Shown here one piece after another: positions 50,292-57,863 of a DNA stretch of 57,863 bases. The stretch comes from Piedraia hortae CBS 480.64 (lineage: Eukaryota). The DNA lies in NCBI GenBank assembly GCA_010093745.1, contig MU005960.1, positions 372,636 through 430,498 on the forward strand, given 5' to 3'. Position numbers and translations under genes: made by a program. The notes beneath the pieces are model-generated. The model worked only from the letters and a program-made list of their open reading frames with translations, was not told the DNA's origin and ran no database searches. Numbering within the stretch: position 1 is the stretch's first letter; each line of letters starts with the position of its first letter.

Positions 50292-52681
50292 ATGGCTCTA
50301 CTACAGACGAAGGCGCTCGCCAATTACGAGGAGCAACAGGCGCAGTTTGAGGACTTTTTGCGCAACTTCAAGACGTCTGATACCGAAGATGCGTTCGACA
50401 GTCTTCATCTGGACGACGATGAGGAAAGAGGACCAAGAACCAAGACAAAATACATGGAGATGCTGCAGGATGTAGCAGACCGGAAGACATCGCAGGTCCT
50501 CATAGATTTGGATGATTTGCGCCGCTACGAGTTGAACCTGGACCAGGATCTTGTCTCTGCAATCGAACACAATGCTTACCGCTACATTGAACTCTGCTCC
50601 AGAGCCGTAGACGCTGCCCTGCCGCCGCCGTCTTCGGAGCCTAACTTCAAGGACGATGTTGTTGATATCATCGTTAGCCAGCGATCGCGGAGGAACGAAA
50701 ACGTGCGGCAGCAGCGAGAGGCGGGAGTGGATGGGGATATACCAGAGTCTGAGTTCCCACCCGAGTTGACGCGTCGATATACGCTGAACTTCAAGCCTGT
50801 TACGTTGTCGACGGCCAGTAGCGAGAGCCACAAGGCTCTAGCGGTGCGACAGGTGCGCGGCGAACATTTGGGTCATTTGATTACCGTTCGCGGCATCGCA
50901 ACGCGCGTTTCGGATGTGAAGCCCATGGTGCAGGTCAACGCGTACTCGTGCGATCGTTGTGGCTGCGAAATCTTCCAGCCGGTGACTAGCAACCAGTACA
51001 CGCCGCTAGTCGAGTGCACGTCCAAAGAATGCGAGGAGAACAAGGCCAAGGGCCAGTTGTTTCTCTCGACGCGTGCCTCCAAGTTCCTGCCGTTCCAGGA
51101 GGTGAAGCTCCAGGAAATGGCTGATCAGGTACCTGTTGGACACATCCCACGCCAGCTGACCATCCACTGCCGCGGCGCCCTCACACGCCAGGTCAACCCG
51201 GGCGATGTGGTGGACGTGGCCGGCATCTTCCTGCCAACGCCCTACACGGGCTTCAAGGCCATCAAGGCCGGACTGCTGACAGACACGTATCTGGAGGCGC
51301 AGTGGGTGAACCAGCACAAGAAGGCGTACGACGACATGATCCTTGCGCCGGCAACGCTGAGCCGCATGAACGCGTTGGAGCAGTCGGGACAGCTGTATGA
51401 AACCCTCAGCCGGTCGATTGCGCCCGAGATATTTGGACACTTGGACGTCAAGAAGGCGCTGCTGCTGCAACTCATCGGCGGCGTGACCAAGGAGATGGGC
51501 GACGGGATGCGCATCCGCGGCGACATCAACGTGTGTTTGATGGGCGACCCTGGTGTGGCCAAGTCTCAGCTGCTCAAGTACATCACCAAGGTCGCTCCCC
51601 GCGGCGTCTACACCACCGGCCGGGGAAGCAGCGGCGTAGGTTTGACAGCAGCGGTGATGCGAGACCCCGTCACAGACGAAATGGTCCTGGAAGGCGGAGC
51701 GCTTGTCCTCGCCGACAACGGCACCTGCTGCATCGACGAGTTCGACAAGATGGACGACGGCGACCGTACAGCCATCCACGAAGTCATGGAACAGCAGACA
51801 ATCTCCATCTCCAAAGCAGGAATCACGACAACCCTCAACGCCCGCACCGCCATCCTCGCAGCCGCCAACCCTCTCTATGGCCGCTACAACCCACGCATCT
51901 CCCCGGTAGAGAACATCAACCTCCCCGCCGCCCTCCTCAGTCGATTCGACGTCCTCTTCCTCATCCTCGACACTCCCTCGCGGGACTCTGACGAAGAACT
52001 CGCCCGCCACGTAACCTACGTGCACATGCACAACTCCCACCCGGAAACAAACCACACAACAGTCTTCTCCCCCTCCGAAGTCCGCCAATGGGTCGCACGA
52101 GCACGAGCCTTCCGTCCAACCATCCCCCCCTCCGTGTCCGACTACATCGTAGGCGCCTACGTCCGTCTCCGCCAACAACAAAAACGCGACGAAGCCAACA
52201 AAAAAACTTTTACCTACACCTCCGCCCGTACATTACTTGGAATCCTCCGTCTCTCCCAGGCCCTAGCCCGTCTCCGCTTCGCCGACGAAGTCATCCTCGA
52301 GGACGTCGACGAAGCCCTACGTCTCGTCGAAGTCAGCAAAGCATCCCTCTACGACGACAACCTCGACCGACGCGGCGATAGGAGTATCAATTCCAAAGTC
52401 TACACCCTCATTGTCGGGATGCGTGATTCCGGCGCCGCGGCTACGGGTGATGGGGGTAATAATACTCTTGATCTTAGACGTGTGAGGGAGCGGGTCCTTG
52501 CAAAAGGTTTTACCGTTCATCAGCTCGAGGCGTGTATCCAGGAATACGCTTCTATTGATGTATGTGTTCCTCTTTGGGTTTGGGGTAGGGCGCTAACGAC
52601 GTGTTATAGGTCTGGCAGGTTACGTCCGATGGGACGAGGTTGGTGTTTATTGAGGTTGAGAATGAGGATATGGACCTTTGA
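50292..52681 (+). CDS. MCM7: DNA replication licensing factor Mcm7; exons 50292-52559 and 52610-52681, 779 aa
   Basis: FPPELTRRY, Zn finger CDRCG...C...[25 protein letters not shown] 50-nt GTATGT...GCTAAC...TAG intron gives the C-terminus [23 protein letters not shown]. Confidence 0.96.
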
Positions 52682-52865
52682 TTGGAGTGCATTCTTCTAT
52701 GAGCGGTTGTTTGGGTGTAATCGCTTTTTTTTTTTGTTGGCGTTGCTTCAGCGGTTAAAAATGTATCTGATATGTCCGCGGACCAGTTCTGTCCACCAAT
52801 CGAGCAAAAAGACATGTAGAAGTTGTTTCGCCATGTTGTCTTGTGTGCGGTGTCAAAAATTATGA

Positions 52866-52980
52866 TGACAAGAGGGGGATTCGAACCCCCGCGGGCAGAG
52901 CCCATGAGAATACTCCTCAGCTAAGCCGAGTAAGGAAAGAATCCTTGAGTCACACGCCATAACCACTCGGCCATCTTGCC
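52866..52980 (-). tRNA. tRNA-Leu(CAA) with a 33-nt intron (52943-52911)
   Basis: Acceptor stem GGCAAGA/TCTTGTC plus discriminator A, D arm TGGCCGAGTGGTTATGGC, anticodon CAA at 52947-52945, variable arm GGGC-TCT-GCCC, T arm GGGGG-TTCGAAT-CCCCC, T5 terminator downstream. Confidence 0.92.
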
Positions 52981-53512
52981 ATTGCATGGTTTGCAAGGAT
53001 GTAAACAATATATAATCTTCAAGCACCACAGATAAACTCCCCACGAACGAAGAACGAGACAACTGTAGCACAAAGGTGGCTTCCACGACGCAAGCACGAG
53101 GATTAAGGGCAAAGGAATTTTTGGATGCAAGTGAAGCGGTGATGCATGTTCAGCTGCATGAAATGTCTACCTGGATGTTCAAGGGGGCAGCATGCCTCGA
53201 CCACGAAACACATCCGCTCAAGGCAGCTGAATCTCAGGCACGGAAAGAAAGAACAGACAAGATGAGCAAAGACATCCACAGCTGATGTCGTGCTGCGGGT
53301 CCGCGGTTAGCGTCGGAGAACCAAGTTTATATACGGACACGATCCACATGTCAACGTCTCCAGTCAAGACATTGTCAGGACGCGTTGCCCCGAGCGTGTT
53401 GCAACAACAAGAGAAGCTCGAGTCTTGCATCTGATCCATGGGGCAACAACACTAGCCACGCACCCTTTTGCCTATTTTTCCGCGGACTTTTTCTCCATCT
53501 TCTTGTACAAAC

Positions 53513-54958
53513 ATGGCGATTCCTAAACTGGAGGACTATGACATTTCGGCCAAGAATGGATTTCTGCCCGCTGAGCCGCCGCTGGAGGCCCTTCCGGACG
53601 CTTATTACCAACCGTGGGAGGATGTGATGAAGAACTTGCATGGACTCATTCTGGGGAAGAGGCTTCATAAGGAGGTCAATGGCCTGCCTGTGTTGTCGAC
53701 GGATCGTTTGGTGGGAGAGCCGCAGTGGAGGCGTGCGCATAGCATTCTGGGGTTCATCGTTCATGCGTATATCTGGGGAGGAGAGAGAGCCATGGAGTGG
53801 GTTCCACCGCCGATTGCGATTCCGTTCCAGGAGACGTCAAAGCATCTCGGCCTCCCGCCCGTCGCTGCCTACGCTGGCCTTGTCCTCTGGAACTGGCGCC
53901 CGATTTTCAAGGACGAGGAAACGGTCGACTTTATCGACAACCTCGATATGATCCACACCTTTACTGGCTCCCTAGACGAGAGATGGTTCTACATTATTAG
54001 TGTTGCAATCGAGGCTCGCGGAGCGCAATTGATCCCCTTGACGCTGAAAGCAATGGAGGCAGTGGAGCAGAACGATCCCGACACCGTCGCAGCCTGTCTG
54101 CGTTCTTTCGCCGAAGGGTTAGACGAACTTGGTACCATCCTCCACCGCATGAACGAAAGCTGCGACCCTCACGTCTTCTATCACCGCATCCGTCCCTACC
54201 TCGCCGGAGGGAAGAACATGGCCCAAGCCGGCCTCCCCAACGGGGTCGTCTTCGACAACGGCGGGCCGATGAACAAACAACGCCATGTGCAATACAGCGG
54301 CGGCAGCAACGCCCAGTCTAGTATCCTCCAATACTTCGACATCGTCCTCGGCGTCACCCACCGCCCAACAGGAACCAAACCCTCCACCGAAACCACCACC
54401 CAGAACGACACCTCCACCCAGACCACCTCCGAGAAGTCCAACAACTTCATCCACGACATGCGGACGTACATGCCCCGCCAACACGCGCGTTTCCTCACCG
54501 ACATGGAAAATTCCGCCAACATCCGCCCCTACGTCCAAACCCACCCCACCAACCGTGCCCTATCAGTCGCATTCGACACCAGCGTCGCGATGCTAAGCGC
54601 ATTCAGAAGCAAACACCTCCAAATCGCCTCCCGATACATTGTAATCCCCAGCCAAATCCACAACAAACAACCCAACCCCCGTCCCATCGGGCCCGCGAGA
54701 CCTCTTACCCCGAGATCGGAGATTATATCTCAAGATGTAGCCTCGCTACGCGGAACGGGAGGGACGAGCCTTATGTCCTTCCTCCGCCAGGCGAGAGACG
54801 AGACGAATGAATCTGCTGTTGAGGATTGGACGAGGGAGGTTTTGAGTAAGAAGGGTAGGAAACCGAAGAAGGAGGTGGATAAGGTGGAGGTGGAGAAGGT
54901 ACAGGGACTGGCGAATGTGTGGCAGATGGATACGGGTGGGGGGCTTTGTCATTTTTGA
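53513..54958 (+). CDS. BNA2: Indoleamine 2,3-dioxygenase
   Basis: NGFLP, AYIWG, LVLWNW, TFTGSLDERWFYIIS, FYHRIRPYLAG, YSGGSNAQSS, MRTYMP, FRSKH, RGTGGTSLMSFLRQARDET. Confidence 0.93.
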   Translation: MAIPKLEDYDISAKNGFLPAEPPLEALPDAYYQPWEDVMKNLHGLILGKRLHKEVNGLPVLSTDRLVGEPQWRRAHSILGFIVHAYIWGGERAMEWVPPPIAIPFQETSKHLGLPPVAAYAGLVLWNWRPIFKDEETVDFIDNLDMIHTFTGSLDERWFYIISVAIEARGAQLIPLTLKAMEAVEQNDPDTVAACLRSFAEGLDELGTILHRMNESCDPHVFYHRIRPYLAGGKNMAQAGLPNGVVFDNGGPMNKQRHVQYSGGSNAQSSILQYFDIVLGVTHRPTGTKPSTETTTQNDTSTQTTSEKSNNFIHDMRTYMPRQHARFLTDMENSANIRPYVQTHPTNRALSVAFDTSVAMLSAFRSKHLQIASRYIVIPSQIHNKQPNPRPIGPARPLTPRSEIISQDVASLRGTGGTSLMSFLRQARDETNESAVEDWTREVLSKKGRKPKKEVDKVEVEKVQGLANVWQMDTGGGLCHF

Positions 54959-55181
54959 GAATGGGTTCATGATGGATGGTTTTGGGAAAAAAAGGTAGAG
55001 GGTAGAGTCGAATTCGAGACCTTTGGACATTCACATTTTGACCTTTTTTTTCTTTTTCTTTTTTTTCCCGGGGGGGAGGCATGCTGCGCTGCGCTGAGGA
55101 AGAGGGAGAAGGAGAAGGAAAGAGAAATTGGGAGAAAAGGGCAGAGGCTATGGATGGCTAGGTAAACTGGAGAAAAAATAC

Positions 55182-55283
55182 AAAAAAAACTGGAAGCACT
55201 CTTTGTTTGCATGTGTCATCCTTAGTGCAGGGGCCATGCTAATCTTCTCTGTATTGTTTCAAATTGACCAAATGCCCGAAGGC
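55182..55283 (-). ncRNA. SNR6: U6 spliceosomal snRNA (intronless)
   Basis: Minus strand reads GCCTTCGGGCATTTGGTCAATTTGAAACAATACAGAGAAGATTAGCATGGCCCCTGCACTAAGGATGACAC...CCAGTTTTTTTT. This includes the 5' UUCG hairpin, ACAGAGA box, AGC triad, ISL and T8 terminator. A TATA-like TATATATT lies about 30 nt upstream. Confidence 0.96.
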
Positions 55284-55588
55284 AATATTTGAGTGAGGGT
55301 ATAGTAATATATACTATCACTTTTGATAGTTGGGATGATCAACGCCGTCCAGCATGCGCGACATGCCTGTCACGTTGGTCAGTGGTCTCGGAGGCTTGTT
55401 GCAGATCGCTGTTTACCTTCATCATCACGGAAGCAGCAGGTACCGGAGAGTGGAACAGACCATTTACCGGCGAGCATGAAGAACGCGCCAGACATAATGC
55501 TGCTCTTCAGCGTCTGAGCTCCTACCCGTTCCGCAGTCGCAGATGTCGTCACAACGGAGCTCCAATGCCATCGGCAAGATTACATCTA

Positions 55589-56482
55589 CTACAGATAATT
55601 TTTCTTATTGCCAGTGCGGGTGTAATTATGCAACGTCCACTCCACATCGCCATCTGCCTCGTCAAACGTGCCTTGACGAATCTCAAACAGCCGCATCGTC
55701 ATGCGAGGCCCTATTTCAGACAACACCACATCCTTTGGATTCGGCCCGGTTTTGACGTATAAACAATGCCGCACGACTATGCAGTCATCCATGTTTATGA
55801 ACGCGACCACCCTCGTGCCTGGTTTCTTTGTGTCCTCGACGGGTGGGAAGAGATGCTGCAGGATCTTTTGCACCCGTGTGCCGAGAGGGGTGCTAAAGCC
55901 TTTGAAGATGAGGTGGGGGTAGGATTCGGAAATTGTTCCCCGGGCAGAGTTGGGGATGTCGTGGCGGAGGACCACGTCGTGGAGGCTGAAACGGGCGGTT
56001 GGGCCATGGGGGAGGTGGGAGAGGGTAAGTGCATCGGGGGTTCCTCGTCGTTCGTGGAGGAAGATGACGTCAGTTAATTGGGCGCTTTTCGCACTGTTGA
56101 CGAGGTTGCTTAGAATGAGGTTGCCTCGGTTGACTCGGATTCCGGTTGGGAGCATCAGTCGGATTTCTTTGGCAAAGGTGGAGAGCCTGCTGCTGGGGTC
56201 GCGGGATGTGGTGACCAACGGGCGAGGGTCGACTACGCCGCTTAGGAGACTGTATTCATCGTCGAGCTCGAGTTCTTCTTCGGCGGTTCGGTCGGCTCTG
56301 GTTTCGTCGAATTTGTAGTCGCGCTGTAGCTGTCTGTCGTTGGCTATGTTGGGATCAAGAGGCTTTCCCGAGCCCAGGGATTTCTTGAGAGCTGCTCGTT
56401 TTTCTGCTTTGTCGGCATCGGCTAGGACTAGAGCTCGACGGTAAAGGTAGTCTCGTTTTTCTCGATCAAGTCTTCGGCGCAT
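55589..56482 (-). CDS. IMP4: U3 snoRNP Brix-domain protein Imp4
   Basis: REKRDYLYRRA, DDEY, TTSRDPSSRLSTFAKEIRL, SHLPHGPTA, VVLRHDI, SESYPHLIF, LSEIGPRMTMRLFEIRQGT. Confidence 0.95.
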   Translation of the reverse strand: MRRRLDREKRDYLYRRALVLADADKAEKRAALKKSLGSGKPLDPNIANDRQLQRDYKFDETRADRTAEEELELDDEYSLLSGVVDPRPLVTTSRDPSSRLSTFAKEIRLMLPTGIRVNRGNLILSNLVNSAKSAQLTDVIFLHERRGTPDALTLSHLPHGPTARFSLHDVVLRHDIPNSARGTISESYPHLIFKGFSTPLGTRVQKILQHLFPPVEDTKKPGTRVVAFINMDDCIVVRHCLYVKTGPNPKDVVLSEIGPRMTMRLFEIRQGTFDEADGDVEWTLHNYTRTGNKKNYL

Positions 56483-56732
56483 TGTGGGCGATGGTCTATG
56501 TGGTGGGCCAAAGATATATTGTGCGCTCAAGTGGGGCTGCTGCAGCGAATCGAAATTCGTCGATGACCTGCAGATGTGGGCCGGGCCGCACCGTTTTCCA
56601 CTACACCAACATCCCATTCCCAAGAGTTTGCGTTGATTTACACGATCAGCCATCAGCTTCACAGCCGAGTGTCAGTGGGCGAGTCACATAAGCCCCGAGT
56701 GAGGCGGCAGTAAACCCCAAAACACACAATTA

Positions 56733-57863
56733 ATGGCAGCAATCGGCAACATCATGGACGACGATATGAGCGTAAGAGAGAGCCTGGCCACGGGCTCACG
56801 ACGGCGGAGAATGGGCGATGAGGACGACATTGATGTCTACGACGACGATGATGAAGGCCGCAGCGCTGGGAGCAATAACGGTGTCAAGGACGTGGCGGAC
56901 GAGGAACTGCCGGCGCATGCCTGTGCCTACTGCGGCATCCACAATGCCAGCGCCGTGGTCAAGTGCCTGATCTGCTCCAAGTGGTTTTGCTCGGCCCGCG
57001 GCAACACGAGCAGCAGTCACATTGTCAACCATCTGGTACGATCGCGCCATAAGGAGGTGCAGCTGCATCCGTCTAGCTCGCTGGGCGACACAACGCTCGA
57101 GTGCTACAGTTGTGGCACTAAAAATGTATTTCTGCTGGGCTTCATCCCGGCCAAGAGCGACTCGGTTGTGGTGCTGCTGTGTCGTCAGCCGTGTGCGTCC
57201 ATGGGGCAGGGCAGCAGCCGCGACATGAACTGGGACACATCCAAATGGCAGCCTCTGATCGAGGACCGTGCCTTTCTCGGTTGGCTAGTCGGGCCGCCGA
57301 CGGATCAGGAGCAGTTGCGGGCGCGTCATCTGGCTCCGCAGATGATAGCAAAGCTGGAGGAGATGTGGAAAGTCGACGCCAATGCGACGATAGGCGACGT
57401 GGCAAGCGGTGCGGCGGGGCTGGACGACGAACCGGCGCCGGTACTGCTGCGCTACGATGACGCCTACCAGTACCAAAACGTCTTCGGCCCGCTGGTCAAG
57501 ATGGAGGCCGACTACGACCGCCGGCTAAAAGAGAGCCAATCGCAGGACGGGCTGGTTGTGCGCTGGGACCTGGGCCTGAACAACAAGCACCTGGCGTCGT
57601 TTGTGCTCCCGAAGCTGGAACTTGGCGATGTGAAACTGGCTGTGGGAGACGAGATGCGCCTGCGCTACACGGGCGAGTTGCGGCCGCACTGGGATGCTGT
57701 CGGTTACGTAGTCAAGATCCCCAACAACGTGTCTGACGAGGTGACGCTGGAGCTGCGTGCGCGAGGAGACAAGGGCAATGTGCCGACCGACTGCACCCAC
57801 AACTTTACGGCTGATTACGTCTGGAAGGCGACGAGCTTCGACCGAATGCAGCACGCCATGAAG
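56733..57863 (+). CDS. UPF1: NMD helicase Upf1/Nam7, 5' part (runs off the window end; absent from the ORF track)
   Basis: Open frame from ATG 56733 containing [13 protein letters not shown]...[31 protein letters not shown]...[33 protein letters not shown]...[16 protein letters not shown]...SFDRMQ. Confidence 0.96.
   Translation, partial: MAAIGNIMDDDMSVRESLATGSRRRRMGDEDDIDVYDDDDEGRSAGSNNGVKDVADEELPAHACAYCGIHNASAVVKCLICSKWFCSARGNTSSSHIVNHLVRSRHKEVQLHPSSSLGDTTLECYSCGTKNVFLLGFIPAKSDSVVVLLCRQPCASMGQGSSRDMNWDTSKWQPLIEDRAFLGWLVGPPTDQEQLRARHLAPQMIAKLEEMWKVDANATIGDVASGAAGLDDEPAPVLLRYDDAYQYQNVFGPLVKMEADYDRRLKESQSQDGLVVRWDLGLNNKHLASFVLPKLELGDVKLAVGDEMRLRYTGELRPHWDAVGYVVKIPNNVSDEVTLELRARGDKGNVPTDCTHNFTADYVWKATSFDRMQHAMK

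Noticed and set aside
52560..52865. MCM7 C-terminal extension shown in the ORF track (857 aa)
   Set aside because: It is read-through of a canonical 50-nt intron. The spliced form ends at 52681.
56772..56810. Intron near the start of UPF1 (GTAAGA at 56772)
   Set aside because: The frame stays open and reads plausibly without splicing, and there is no good YAG acceptor.

Overview
Gene-dense eukaryotic DNA from a filamentous ascomycete. Gene content and intron style suggest Pezizomycotina, possibly a genome-reduced Dothideomycete (inference). Introns are very short, mostly 43-56 nt. About 22 protein genes can be supported: PNO1, an M16 SDD3-like peptidase, IES1, a small DDR48-like protein, cyclophilin B, DED1, CYM1, a taxilin-like protein, SVP26, BUD23, a zf-MYND protein, a SAM-PH protein, PRO1/NosA, SED5, a Cys/Gly-rich repeat precursor, APL5, VelB, EMC2, a J-domain protein, MCM7, IDO, IMP4, and the 5' part of UPF1. 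The window also holds an intron-containing tRNA-Leu(CAA), U6 snRNA, a decayed Ty1/copia relic and an HMG-box pseudogene. The most striking element is the spliced gene at 37688-39320. It encodes a 527-aa secreted precursor with about 100 Cys, built from about 25 CxxCGGAGCPxC modules and divided into 7 blocks by six KR-T(V/I)-KR double dibasic (Kex2-type) sites. It looks like a polyprotein of secreted metallothionein-like or disulfide-crosslinked peptides that I do not recognise as a named family. All gene names come from motif recognition, not database searches, and exon boundaries were deduced by eye.
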